A stretch of 64,000 nucleotides of DNA, taken from an uncultured Candidatus Binatia bacterium (GTDB lineage Bacteria; Desulfobacterota; Binatia; UBA9968; JAJDTQ01). The stretch is from positions 1,184,001-1,248,000 of the forward strand of contig OZ244070.1 of assembly GCA_965215605.1 (NCBI GenBank), given 5' to 3'. Both the position numbers and the translations under genes were made by a program. The notes under the pieces were generated by a model. It worked only from the letters and a program-made list of their open reading frames with translations, did not search any database and was not told where the DNA came from. How positions within the stretch are numbered: the stretch's first letter is position 1; every line of letters begins with the position of its first letter. This document shows positions 10,519 through 20,580 of the stretch, piece by piece.

Positions 10519-12939
10519 CTACGACCGGCTTCTCCTGGCCTCCTGGATGAGCGACCACAGATAGTTGGGCGTCAGGGGCAGCCGCCGGACGGCGATGCCC
10601 AGGGGCTTGAGCGCGTCCTCCACCGCGTTGGCCAGCACCGCCGGCGGCCCCACGGTGCCGGTCTCCCCCGCGCCCTTGAAGCCGCCGGGGGTGAACGGGT
10701 TGGGGGTCTCGATGTGCTCCAGCACCATCTCGGGTATCTCCATGGCCGTGGGCAGGAAGTAGTCCTTGAAGGTCGCCGCCATGGGCTGGCCTTCCTCCGA
10801 GTAGGGCAGTTCCTCGTAGAGGGCGCCGCCGAAGCCGTGGGCCAGGGCGCCCACGTGTTGCCCCCTGACGATGAGCGGGTTGAGCATGTTGCCGCAGTCG
10901 TGGACCGAGACGAACTTGAGGATCCTGAGCAGGCCCGTATCCGCCTCCACCTCCACCACCGCGGCCTCGGCGTCGTAGGGGAAGCTGCTGAACATGGCCA
11001 CGCGGCCGCGCTCGTCGGCCTCGAACTCGATGTTGGGATCGCGGAAGTGGTACAGCAACTCCAGCCCCGGGTCCATGCCCTCGGGTAGCTGGAACGGATA
11101 GAAGTACGCCACGCGCGCGATCTCCGAGAGGGGTACCGCCTGCTCCGGGTGGCCTTCCACCGACACCTTGCCCTCGGCGTACTCGAGCCCGCCGGGAGGG
11201 TGCCGCAGCATCACCGAGGCGATCTGGGTCAGCTTGTCCCGGAGCGCCCGTGCCGCCAGGGTCACGGCAGTGGTGCCCACCACCGAGAAACGGCTGGAGT
11301 AGGAGCCCGAGCCGTAGGGGCATGCCAGGCTGTCCCCTTCCACCACCATGACGTCGTCGAACGACACCTGCAGCTCGTCGCCCACGAGCTGGGAGATGGA
11401 GGTGGCGTGGCCCTGGCCCTCGTCGCTGCCGCCGGGAAACACGTACACCTTGCCGTTGGGGTCCATGCGCATGCGCACGCTATAGTAGCCGGCGTTGTAG
11501 GAACCCATGCGCGTGGAGCTCGACGGCTCGATGACGAGACAGGTGCCGATGCCAAGGTAGCGCCCCTCGGCCGCGGCCTCCTTTTTCACGTTGCGCCAAT
11601 GGTCCCGGTCCAGCAGCTCCAGCGCCTTGTCCAGCGCCTCTTCGTACCGGCCGCTGTCGTACCGGGGCCCGGTGACGGAGCGGTAGGGGAAGGCGTCCGG
11701 CGGGATGAAGTTGCGCCGCCGCACCTCCACCGGGTCCAGGTCGAGGTTCGCGGCGATCCGGTCCACCATCCGCTCGATGACGAAGCAGGCTTCCGACTTG
11801 CCGAAGCCCCGGTGGGCGCCGTAGGGGGTCTTGTTGGTCACCACCCCCTGGACCTGGCCCTCGTAGTTGGCGATCCGGTAGGCGCCGGGCACGAACATGC
11901 CGGTGGTGACGATGGACGCCAGCCCGCCGGTGGGGTAGGCCGCCCCGATGTTGGCCACAATGCGGTCCTTCACGCCCAGGATGGTGCCGTCCCGGCGCAC
12001 CGCCGCCTCGATGTGATGGGTCTGCTCGCGGGCGTGGATGGTGCCGGTCATGTGCTCGCGCCGGGTCTCCACCCACTTCATGGGCCGATTCACGAGAATG
12101 GACAGCAGCGGCACGAGTATCTCTTCCGGATAGAACGCCCACTTCTGCCCGTAACCGCCGCCGATGCGCCGGAAGTTCACGTGGACCTTCAGGCCCGGGA
12201 GCCCGATGGTGTTCTCGACCAACGTACCGATGGCGTGGCCGATCTGGGTGGTGCTCCACAGGCTCAGCGTCTTGACGCTGGCGTCGTAGTCGGCCACCAC
12301 CGCCCGTGTCTCGATGGGGGTGCCGGTGAAACGGCCGCTGTGGATCTGCTCCTTGACGACGACGTCCGCCTCCCGGAAGGCGGCCTCGACGTCGCCGCCG
12401 GATACCTGGAACGTCAGCATGACGTTGTTGTCCCAGTCCTCGTAGAGGCGTTCGGACCCCGGCTCCAGGGCCGCTACGGAATCCACCACCGGCGGCAGCG
12501 GATCGAGCTCCACCTCTATGAGATCCAGCGCGTCCTCGGCGATGTACCGGTCCGTGGCCACCACCGCGGCCACGGGCTCGCCCACGAACCGCACCTTGTC
12601 GTACGCGAGGCAGTAGTGGTCGAAGAACTTGATGGTGGGGTTGCCGCGCTTGAACGGGTCCCGGCTCTGGAACGGGAACGGCGACAGCGGGTTGACGTAG
12701 CCGAGCTGCCGTACCTGCTCACCGGTCAAGCCAGCCACCACGCCGGGCAGCGCCAGCGCTCGGGACAGGTCCACCTTCCGGATCCGCGCGTGAGCCGCCG
12801 GACTCCGGTACACCGCCACGTGCAGCATGTCCGGCAGGTCGATGTCGAAGGTGTAGTGCGCCTGGCCCCGGAGGATCTCCGGGTCTTCCTTGCGCATGAT
12901 GGGACTGCCTACCAGGGGTTTGCGCGGCGCGGCGCTCAT
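10519..12939 (-). CDS. Xanthine-oxidase-family molybdopterin-binding large subunit (CoxL-like, not a CO dehydrogenase)
   Basis: RKEDPEILRGQAHY, GGGYGQK, GQGHAT, NPLIVRGQ, GGFKGAGE; active-site loop GAHRGFGK. Start ATG 12939 overlaps the coxS-like stop. Confidence 0.92.
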   Translation of the reverse strand: MSAAPRKPLVGSPIMRKEDPEILRGQAHYTFDIDLPDMLHVAVYRSPAAHARIRKVDLSRALALPGVVAGLTGEQVRQLGYVNPLSPFPFQSRDPFKRGNPTIKFFDHYCLAYDKVRFVGEPVAAVVATDRYIAEDALDLIEVELDPLPPVVDSVAALEPGSERLYEDWDNNVMLTFQVSGGDVEAAFREADVVVKEQIHSGRFTGTPIETRAVVADYDASVKTLSLWSTTQIGHAIGTLVENTIGLPGLKVHVNFRRIGGGYGQKWAFYPEEILVPLLSILVNRPMKWVETRREHMTGTIHAREQTHHIEAAVRRDGTILGVKDRIVANIGAAYPTGGLASIVTTGMFVPGAYRIANYEGQVQGVVTNKTPYGAHRGFGKSEACFVIERMVDRIAANLDLDPVEVRRRNFIPPDAFPYRSVTGPRYDSGRYEEALDKALELLDRDHWRNVKKEAAAEGRYLGIGTCLVIEPSSSTRMGSYNAGYYSVRMRMDPNGKVYVFPGGSDEGQGHATSISQLVGDELQVSFDDVMVVEGDSLACPYGSGSYSSRFSVVGTTAVTLAARALRDKLTQIASVMLRHPPGGLEYAEGKVSVEGHPEQAVPLSEIARVAYFYPFQLPEGMDPGLELLYHFRDPNIEFEADERGRVAMFSSFPYDAEAAVVEVEADTGLLRILKFVSVHDCGNMLNPLIVRGQHVGALAHGFGGALYEELPYSEEGQPMAATFKDYFLPTAMEIPEMVLEHIETPNPFTPGGFKGAGETGTVGPPAVLANAVEDALKPLGIAVRRLPLTPNYLWSLIQEARRSRS

Positions 12940-13427
12940 GGCGCACCCCCCTTGCTCTTCAGCTTGCCGGCAGCCGACTCCACGGCCTCGATTACCGGCA
13001 CGTAGCCGGTGCAGCGGCACAGGTTCCCGATGATCCCCTCCCTGATCTCGTCGGGAGAAGGGTCAGGGTTCTGCAAAAGCAGTCCATGGGCGGACATCAA
13101 CATGCCGGAGGTGCAGAAGCCGCACTGGAGCGCATGGGCCTCCTGAAAGGCGGCCTGCAAGGGATGCAGCTCGCTCCCGTACGCGAGGCCCTCGACGGTG
13201 GTGATCTCGCGCCCGTGGGCCTGCACCGCCAGAAAGGTGCAGGATTTGGCGCTCTTGCCGTCCATGACGATGGTACACGAGCCGCAGTTGCTGGTGTCGC
13301 ACCCGTAACGCGTGCCCTTGAGGCCCACCACGTCGCGGATATAGTCCACCAGCAGCATGCGCGGAGGCGCCTCGGCCTCGTGCGGCGCGCCGTTGATGGT
13401 GATGCCGATCTTCACTCTATCGGACAT
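12936..13427 (-). CDS. 2Fe-2S small subunit (CoxS-like)
   Basis: GCDTSNCGSC...SC and QCGFCT...CRCTGY. Confidence 0.95.
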   Translation of the reverse strand: MSDRVKIGITINGAPHEAEAPPRMLLVDYIRDVVGLKGTRYGCDTSNCGSCTIVMDGKSAKSCTFLAVQAHGREITTVEGLAYGSELHPLQAAFQEAHALQCGFCTSGMLMSAHGLLLQNPDPSPDEIREGIIGNLCRCTGYVPVIEAVESAAGKLKSKGGAP

Positions 13428-14319
13428 GCCCGCCTCTCACGTCTTCACCGCGATGGCGCCGTAGCGCGATATCCACCGCCTTCCGGAACAATGCTCCGCA
13501 GACCGCGCGCTTGTAGTCGCTCGACCCGCGCACGTCGGCCAGAGGGTCTGCCGCCTCCACCACCTGACCGGCGGCGGCGTCCACCACATCCGGCGTGACC
13601 TCCTGACCGGCTAGGGTCCCCTCGGCCGCAAGCACCTTGATGGGCGTGAGCCCCGCCGCCCCCAGAGCCACGCCGGCTTTCGTGCAACTCCCCGCGCCGT
13701 CCAGCTCGAGCTGCACCGCCACGCTGGCCACCGCGAAATCCCCGGCCCGGCGCTCCATCTTGAGATAAGCCCCGGCGCTGCCCGCCGGCGGCGAAGGCAC
13801 CTGGACCTCGGTGATGAGCTCGTCGTCCTCCAGCACCGTCGTGTAAGCGTCGACGAAGAACGACGCCGCATCCACTACCCGGACACCCGCCGGCCCGGTG
13901 CACTCCACCCTCCCTTCCAGGGCCTGCACCACCGGACCCCAGTCCCCGGCCGGGTCCGCCTCGGCCAGCGCGCCGCCGAGGGTCCCCCAACCCCGCACCT
14001 GGGCATCGCCGATGACCCCGGCGGCCTCTGCCATCAAGCCCAGCTTCTCCCGGACGGCGGCGGACGCACCCACCTGCGCATGGGTGGCCAGCGCGCCGAT
14101 GCGCAGGATGCCCGCCGCCTCGTCTTCCCGCACGCCGGAAAGCCCGGGAAGGCGGCCGATGTCGATGACGTGGGCCGGCTGGACCAGACGCAGCTTCAGG
14201 AGCGGCACCAGGCTCTGTCCGCCGGACAGGAGCTTGGCGCCGTCTCCATGACGCTGGAGAAGGTCGATGGCCTGGTCCACGGATTCGGCGACGGTATAAT
14301 CAAAGGCGGCAGGGTACAT
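13417..14319 (-). CDS. FAD-binding medium subunit (CoxM-like)
   Basis: MYPAAFDY, GGQSLVPLLKLR, IGDAQVR, GTLGG, ADPAGD. Confidence 0.93.
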   Translation of the reverse strand: MYPAAFDYTVAESVDQAIDLLQRHGDGAKLLSGGQSLVPLLKLRLVQPAHVIDIGRLPGLSGVREDEAAGILRIGALATHAQVGASAAVREKLGLMAEAAGVIGDAQVRGWGTLGGALAEADPAGDWGPVVQALEGRVECTGPAGVRVVDAASFFVDAYTTVLEDDELITEVQVPSPPAGSAGAYLKMERRAGDFAVASVAVQLELDGAGSCTKAGVALGAAGLTPIKVLAAEGTLAGQEVTPDVVDAAAGQVVEAADPLADVRGSSDYKRAVCGALFRKAVDIALRRHRGEDVRGGHVR

Positions 14320-14790
14320 GGCGTGGTTTGTACGAGAACGCGGACAACGCAATCAAGGGTGTCTTCGGAACCCTCAAGCAACGCGAATTCCGCCCGTTGA
14401 TAACGCAAGGCTCGTCGCGAGTCAAATCTTTGGCGGCAGACGAGCGATAGGACTCCGTTTCCATCTCGGCGCCGGCCCCGCTAGAGCGAGCATAGGACGG
14501 GCAGGTGAACCCGGGACTTTCCCCGATTGGCACGACCAACCGAACGTGGAAGAAATTTCCCGACTCAACCCGGATGACCGCGACGGCGCATTGCACTATA
14601 TACGCGGAGCCACGGGCAGACTGCGGATCCGGGGCGAGTCCATACAGGCAAGAGATGCGATGCGCTGGGCTTCCGAGTTCACTTGCTGGCGCTATTGTCG
14701 CGTGAGTGCCGACGATTTCGTTGCAGATTTGGAAGATATCCGTTTACTTGTCAGAGGCGCGATGGAACCCTCGTAAACGACCCCACACGC

Positions 14791-15435
14791 ATGATCGACA
14801 TCGGTTCACTCTCCATCACGAGTATGCAATGGTATGCGGGCCGCCTATGGCTCGCATCCGCCGGCAATTCTACGGTGGTCGCCTACGATCCCGTTCAGGA
14901 ATCCTGCGACGAGGTTCTTTCACTACCGGGGGTCCGCCACGTGTGCCCGTCCAGCGAAGGCATATGGCTCATCACCGGCGGTGGCCGGCTTGGGCAGCAA
15001 CTGCTGCTCTGGTCTCCCGAAACGACTCAGATAATGCGCCGTTTCGACTGCCCGGACGGCGCCGCATCCGGCGTCACGGTGGTAAACGGCAAGCTGTGGC
15101 TGACCCACCGGCGCAACCGCAAGCTCTTCTGCATCCACCCCGAGAGCGGACGGAACCTTTGGACCATCCGTATGGACCACCAAGTCCTCAGCCCTACTTC
15201 GTACGGCGACGAACTCTGGTGCGTCGAATGCGACCCCGGACCCCTCGGCGACTGGAGCGATGAGCGCCATGAGGTTTACGCGTTTCTCCGCTACGACCCC
15301 GTGCGCGAACTAGTCGTGGAGCGCATCCCGGTCCCTTTTCGACCTGCGTGTCTGGCGTTGAACAGCGGAACCTTCTGGTATGCCCTGGCTCACGAAACCG
15401 GGGTTCGCTACCAGAGCAGGCCGGCACCGAGGTAG
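14791..15435 (+). CDS. Hypothetical beta-propeller-like protein
   Basis: Repeating blade-like units (GRLWLA, EGIWLI, GKLWLT, DELWCV, GTFWYA; YDP twice). Start uncertain. Confidence 0.6.
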   Translation: MIDIGSLSITSMQWYAGRLWLASAGNSTVVAYDPVQESCDEVLSLPGVRHVCPSSEGIWLITGGGRLGQQLLLWSPETTQIMRRFDCPDGAASGVTVVNGKLWLTHRRNRKLFCIHPESGRNLWTIRMDHQVLSPTSYGDELWCVECDPGPLGDWSDERHEVYAFLRYDPVRELVVERIPVPFRPACLALNSGTFWYALAHETGVRYQSRPAPR

Positions 15436-15495
15436 TCAGCTTGGTGCCGGAGCGGAATGAGTCCAGGGTCTGGACCAGGGTCGGCCGGTCCTTGT

Positions 15496-16413
15496 TCAGT
15501 GCCGCCTGACGCGCGGGTCCAGGGCGTCGCGCAGGCCGTCCCCCATGTAGTTCACGCTCAATACGGTGAGGGAAATGGCCAAGCCTGGCCAGAGCGCGCG
15601 AGCGGGAGCGATCTCGAGGAACGGGACTCCGTCGAAGAGCAGGCGGCCCCAGGTGGGGAAGTCGGAGGGGAAGCCCAGGCCCAGGAAACTCAGGGCGCTC
15701 TCGGTGATGATGGCGTTGGCCATGCCCAGGGTGGCGGCGACGGTGATGGGGCTCACGGCGTTGGGCAGGACGTGGCGCAGGATGATGTAGCGAGGGGCCG
15801 CGCCGACGCCGCGGGCAGCGATGACGAACTCCCGCTCCTTGACGGCCAGCACCTCGCCGCGCACCAACCGGGCGGTCTGCATCCAGCTCGTCAGGCCGAT
15901 GACCGCCACGATCAGGATGAAGATGCCGGCCTCGGGTCCCAGGACGGCGCGCAGTGGATCCCGGAACAGCATGATGCCCACCAGCAAAAGCGGCAGCACC
16001 GGCAGCGCCAGGAAGAGGTCGGTAAAGCGCATGAGCGCACCGTCGAGCCTGCGGAAGAACCCGGCCATGACGCCCACGAAGGTGCCGAGGGTCAGGGACA
16101 GGACCATGGCGGCGACGCCGACGGCCAGCGAGATTTGCCCGCCCGCCAACACCCGCGCCAGCGTGTCGCGCCCGAGGTTGTCGGTGCCCATGGGATGCGC
16201 CAGCGAGATGCCCTGGTTCCGGGACAGGTAGTCGAGGTACTGGGGATCGACGCCGTAGAACGCGGCGCCGAGCAATACCCCCAGCGCCGTCAACGCGAAC
16301 ACGGCGGCGCCGCCCACCGCGCCCTTGTGGCGCCGGAACTGCTGCCACACGCCCGGGGCGGGAGGGCGATGCCGCGGCCCTTGGGCCGGGAGATCCGCGG
16401 ATGCGTCAATCAT
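15496..16413 (-). CDS. Peptide/nickel ABC transporter permease (DppC/OppC-like)
   Basis: HPMGTDNLGRD, ARLVRG, EAA-like loop, HVLPN, ESALSFLGLG. Confidence 0.93.
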   Translation of the reverse strand: MIDASADLPAQGPRHRPPAPGVWQQFRRHKGAVGGAAVFALTALGVLLGAAFYGVDPQYLDYLSRNQGISLAHPMGTDNLGRDTLARVLAGGQISLAVGVAAMVLSLTLGTFVGVMAGFFRRLDGALMRFTDLFLALPVLPLLLVGIMLFRDPLRAVLGPEAGIFILIVAVIGLTSWMQTARLVRGEVLAVKEREFVIAARGVGAAPRYIILRHVLPNAVSPITVAATLGMANAIITESALSFLGLGFPSDFPTWGRLLFDGVPFLEIAPARALWPGLAISLTVLSVNYMGDGLRDALDPRVRRH

Positions 16414-17419
16414 AGCGAATCCTCGGATCCAGCACGCCGTAGACGACATCCGCGACCAGATTGAACGCCACGATCAACACCGCGAAGATGAAGGTCACGG
16501 TCTGGACCGTGGGGATGTCGCCGCCCTCGATGGCGCCGATGAGCAACTGGCCGACGCCGTTGATGCGGAAGATCTGCTCGGTAATGATGGCGCCGGCGAA
16601 GGTCGTCGGCAGCCCCAGGGCGATGACCGTCACCACCGGGATCAGGCTGTTGCGCAGCACGTGGACCAGAATGACGCTGCGCTCGGCCATCCCCTTGGCG
16701 CGGGCCGTGCGCACGTAGTCCTGGTTCAGGTTCTCCAGCACCGCGGAGCGGGTGAAGCGGCTGAGCTGCGCCGCGTTGAAGAGCCCCAGCACCATCACCG
16801 GCATGGCCATCTGGCGGATCTGGACGAGTAGGCTCTCCAGATCCGTCACCCGGTGGGTGGTGTCATAGATGGAAGGGAACCAGTCGAGGCCCACGCTGAA
16901 GACCACGATGAGGACCGTTCCGGTGAAGAAAGTCGGCACCGAGAACCCCACCATGGTGACGAAGGTGCCCACCTGGTCGAAGACCGAATACTGCCGGCAT
17001 GCGGAGAGGACGCCCACCGGCACCGCGATGAGGATGGCGACGATGTAGGAGATGCCGACGACGGTCAGGGTCTGCGGCAGCCGGGACGCGATCAGGTCCA
17101 CCACCGGGGCGCGCGTGGCCCAGGAGCGCACCCGCAGGCGGCCGGCGGAGTCGCCGATCTCGATGCCCCACATCCGCTCCAGCAGGTTGAGGGGCTCGTT
17201 CACCAGGAACTGGTCGAGCCACTTGAGGTAGCGGATGTGGAACGGCTGCCCGAGACCCAGGCTCTCCCGGATGGCCTGCCGGGTCTCGGGCGGGATGGTC
17301 AGCGGAAGCTGGGCCGTGGGGTCACTGGGGGCGAGGTCCAGCAGCGCGAAAACGATGAAGCTGATGACCAGGAGCGTCGGGACCGCGAAGAGCAGGCGTC
17401 TGGCCACATAACGTGACAT
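16406..17419 (-). CDS. Peptide/nickel ABC transporter permease (DppB/OppB-like)
   Basis: DYVRTARAKG, HVLRNSLIP, DPRIRY. Confidence 0.94.
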   Translation of the reverse strand: MSRYVARRLLFAVPTLLVISFIVFALLDLAPSDPTAQLPLTIPPETRQAIRESLGLGQPFHIRYLKWLDQFLVNEPLNLLERMWGIEIGDSAGRLRVRSWATRAPVVDLIASRLPQTLTVVGISYIVAILIAVPVGVLSACRQYSVFDQVGTFVTMVGFSVPTFFTGTVLIVVFSVGLDWFPSIYDTTHRVTDLESLLVQIRQMAMPVMVLGLFNAAQLSRFTRSAVLENLNQDYVRTARAKGMAERSVILVHVLRNSLIPVVTVIALGLPTTFAGAIITEQIFRINGVGQLLIGAIEGGDIPTVQTVTFIFAVLIVAFNLVADVVYGVLDPRIRYD

Positions 17420-17438
17420 GGGCGCTCACGCGTGGGCC

Positions 17439-19148
17439 CTACTTCCGCCGGTGCCACTCGTGGATGTTCCACTGCAAGGCGTCCCAGGCGTTGATCCGGA
17501 CCCCGCCCAGGGACAGCGCGTGGGCGCCCACCTCGCCGCGGTGGACCAGCGGGATCAACGCGCCGTAGTCGATCAGCATGTCGTTCAGGCGCTTGGCGAT
17601 GGACGCGCGCTTCCCGATGCCCGCGGTCTTGGCCAACTGCGCCGCGAGCTTCTCATATTCCGCATCGCAGTAGCGCGGCATGTTGTTGCCGATCCACTGG
17701 TTGCCGGGGGCGGGAATTTCCTTGCACAGCCAGCTTTGCATGTAGGCCTGGGGATCGGTGCCGTTGAACTGGTTGGCGTACATCTGGATGTCCGCGTAAA
17801 ATTTCTGGTAGGTGTCCGGGCTCGCCGGGTCGCTGCCGAAGAACACCGAAGCGCTGATGTTCTTGAGCTCGGTCTCGACGCCGATCTGCCGCCACATCTG
17901 CTTGATCAGCGCCTGGGTTCCCTGGCGTACGGAGTTGGTGGAGGTCTGGTAGAGGATCGAAAGGCGCACTCCGTCCTTGGCGCGGATGCCGTCGGGGCCG
18001 CGCGCCCAGCCGGCGTCGTCCAGCAGCTTGTTGGCGGCGGCCACGTCCGGGGTCTTGCACCAGTCGTGGGCCGTGGAGGCGTACACCGGCGGGGCCGGCA
18101 GAATATTGCAGGTCACGCGGCCGGCTTGGCCGTAACCCGCCTCCACCAGGATGTTCCGGTCGATGGCCAGGGAAAGCGCGCGCCGCACCGCAGGGTCCGA
18201 GAGGAAGGGGTGGGGGTTCTTGCCGTCCTGGTAGGTGGCCCGCTTGTCGCCCAGCGCGGGATCGGGATTGGTGAGCTGCACGATGAGCCGCTCCACCAGG
18301 CTGCCGAAGGCCGACACCACCTTGCCCTTGCCGGCCTTTTCCATGGCGGCGAGGATCTCGGGCTCCACCTGGAGGTTCCAGGCGTAGTCGAACTCGCCGG
18401 TTTCCAGCACCGCCCGGGCCGCCGACACGGCGTCGCCGCCGCCCTTTACCAGGACCGAGGAGAAGGCCGGCTGGTCCGGGTTGCGGTAGCGCTCGTTCAT
18501 CTCGTAGCGCACCACGTCGTTGGGCCGGAACTCCGCCACCTTGAAGGCGCCGGTGCCGATGGGGCCGAAATTCTGCTCGGTGCACTCGGGCGCCTTGGCT
18601 CCCAGGCAACCCTCGAACTGCTTCTTCTGGATCACCGGGCAGGTGGAGCCGACGAACGGCCCGTAGGGGAACGGCATCGGGACCTTGAAGGAGATCCGTA
18701 CGGTGTGGTCGTCCACCGCCTCCACCGCGGCCACGTTCTCGAACCGTGGCGCGGCGTTGCAGCCCCCGTCCGGGTGCATGCAGTACGCGGCCGTGAAGGC
18801 GACGTCGGCAGCGGTGAACGGCGTACCGTCGGACCAGGTCACGCCCTTCCGGAGCTTCCAGGTGACGGACTTGAGGTCGGCCGCGACCCCGCCGTTCTCC
18901 ACGGTGGGGATCTCCGCCGCCAGCGCCGGGACCATGTCGGCGTTGTCGTCGTAGCGCGCCAGCGGCTCGATGACGAACGCCGCGGCGTGGATGTCCTTGC
19001 TTCCCCCGGAGAGGAACGGGTTCAGGACCGACGGCGCCTGCCAGTAGAGCATCCTGAGCTCGCCGTCGGTTCCGCGTTGCGCGGCCGCCGCGGTGGCCAA
19101 TGCCAGCAACGCCGCCGCCGTCACCATGAGCATTCGCAGCTTCGACAT
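17439..19148 (-). CDS. Peptide ABC transporter substrate-binding protein (family 5)
   Basis: Signal peptide; KLRKGVTWSDGTPFTAADVAFT, PIGTGAF, VRRALSLAIDR. Confidence 0.93.
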   Translation of the reverse strand: MSKLRMLMVTAAALLALATAAAAQRGTDGELRMLYWQAPSVLNPFLSGGSKDIHAAAFVIEPLARYDDNADMVPALAAEIPTVENGGVAADLKSVTWKLRKGVTWSDGTPFTAADVAFTAAYCMHPDGGCNAAPRFENVAAVEAVDDHTVRISFKVPMPFPYGPFVGSTCPVIQKKQFEGCLGAKAPECTEQNFGPIGTGAFKVAEFRPNDVVRYEMNERYRNPDQPAFSSVLVKGGGDAVSAARAVLETGEFDYAWNLQVEPEILAAMEKAGKGKVVSAFGSLVERLIVQLTNPDPALGDKRATYQDGKNPHPFLSDPAVRRALSLAIDRNILVEAGYGQAGRVTCNILPAPPVYASTAHDWCKTPDVAAANKLLDDAGWARGPDGIRAKDGVRLSILYQTSTNSVRQGTQALIKQMWRQIGVETELKNISASVFFGSDPASPDTYQKFYADIQMYANQFNGTDPQAYMQSWLCKEIPAPGNQWIGNNMPRYCDAEYEKLAAQLAKTAGIGKRASIAKRLNDMLIDYGALIPLVHRGEVGAHALSLGGVRINAWDALQWNIHEWHRRK

Positions 19149-19182
19149 CACGCGCACCTCCTCCCTGGAACGTACAGGCTGT

Positions 19183-19226
19183 CTAGTGTCTTGTCTGGTT
19201 AATCAATTAACCGGACAGGACACTAG
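19183..19226. repeat. 44-bp imperfect palindrome bounded by CTAG
   Basis: CTAGTGTCTTGTCTGGTTAAT-CA-ATTAACCGGACAGGACACTAG; the arms match at 19 of 21 positions. Confidence 0.85.
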
Positions 19227-19379
19227 CGCCAACGCACTATGGATACCAGACAAGAAGGCGCCCGGCGACAGGGGACCGGGGCCGCCCGCCCGCCGCACAG
19301 GCACGTCCGGCTTGCCCGGAGGTAGGTTCCGGGTTAGTATCTACGCCATTCAAGGACCTTTGAACGAGAGGAAGAAGCC

Positions 19380-20492
19380 ATGTCCCAACAACGCATTATC
19401 GACGCCGACGGGCACGTGATGGAGCTCGACGACGAGCTTCGCGACTACATCGGCGGGCCCTACGCCGGACTGGAATGGCATCGGTCCTACGGTTTCTGGC
19501 CGGGGCTCACCATGGACGGCTACCTTCGCTCGCTGCGGCAACCGGGCGGCTGGGTGGGCGGCGGCACCGGACCCAACGCCGGGCATTGGCTCGACTTCCT
19601 GGACAAGAACGGCATCGAGCTGACGGTGCTGTACCCGACCCAGGGACTCACCCACGCGGCCATCCGGGACCACGAATGGGCCATCACCATGGCCCGGGCC
19701 TACAACGACTGGCTGCACGACCGCTTCATGCGCGTGAGCCCGCGCCTGGTGGGGGTGGCGCTGTTGCCCATCCAGGACATCGACGAGGCGGTCAAGGAAC
19801 TCCGCCGCAGCGTCGAGGAGCTGGGGATGGTCGGCGCGGTGCTTCCTTCCGCCACCCCGGGAGGGAAGCTCTTCAGCGGACCCGAGTTTCACCCGTTGTG
19901 GGAGGAGGCGCAAAGGCTGGACGTGCCGGTGTCGCCCCACGGCGGCATGAGCTTTCCGGACCTGGGCATCGACGACACCCGGAACTTCATGGTGGCCCAC
20001 ACCCTGGAGCATCCGTTCGCGCAGTTCCGGCAGATCGTGGCGATGATCTGTGAAGGCGTGTTCGAGCTGTTCCCCAGGCTGCGGTTCGGCGTGCTGGAAT
20101 GCGGCGCGGGCTGGGTCCCCTACCTGATGGACCGCCTGGACGAGGAGTACGAACGGAAGGGGCAGTACTCGCCCAACTGCAAGCGCAAGCCCAGCGAGTA
20201 TTTTCGGGAAGGCAACATCTACTTCGCCGCGGAGGTGGAGGAGACGCTGCTGCCCGAGACCGCCCGGCTGGTGCCGGAGCATACCCTTCTCTGGGCCTCG
20301 GACTATCCCCACGAACGGGACCAAAGGGACTTCAGCGAGGACATCCCGCACCTCATGGGCCGCGAGGACATGAGCGACGAGCTGAAGCACAAGATCCTGT
20401 TCGAGAACCCGCTGCGGTTCTACCCGCGGCTGCGGGCGCGGCTGGATGCCACCGCGGTGGCGTCAAGGGAGGCGGCCCGGGCTCAAGCGTAG
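19380..20492 (+). CDS. Amidohydrolase family 2 protein
   Basis: IIDADGHV, LYPT, ARAYNDWL, FGVLECGAGWVP, WASDYPH. Confidence 0.9.
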   Translation: MSQQRIIDADGHVMELDDELRDYIGGPYAGLEWHRSYGFWPGLTMDGYLRSLRQPGGWVGGGTGPNAGHWLDFLDKNGIELTVLYPTQGLTHAAIRDHEWAITMARAYNDWLHDRFMRVSPRLVGVALLPIQDIDEAVKELRRSVEELGMVGAVLPSATPGGKLFSGPEFHPLWEEAQRLDVPVSPHGGMSFPDLGIDDTRNFMVAHTLEHPFAQFRQIVAMICEGVFELFPRLRFGVLECGAGWVPYLMDRLDEEYERKGQYSPNCKRKPSEYFREGNIYFAAEVEETLLPETARLVPEHTLLWASDYPHERDQRDFSEDIPHLMGREDMSDELKHKILFENPLRFYPRLRARLDATAVASREAARAQA

Positions 20493-20580
20493 GGGATGGG
20501 TTGGATAGTACAGAGCCTGACAGGGCGAGTTGACCGGGAACCTACCGAGACATCTCCAACCGGGAAACGGTCGGAGAGAG

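Noticed and set aside
10519-14319. Aerobic CO dehydrogenase
   Set aside because: Lacks the AYxCSFR and AYRGAGR loops, and no cox accessory genes are adjacent.
14528-14545. Sigma-54 promoter (TGGCACG)
   Set aside because: No TTGC/GC at the -12 position.
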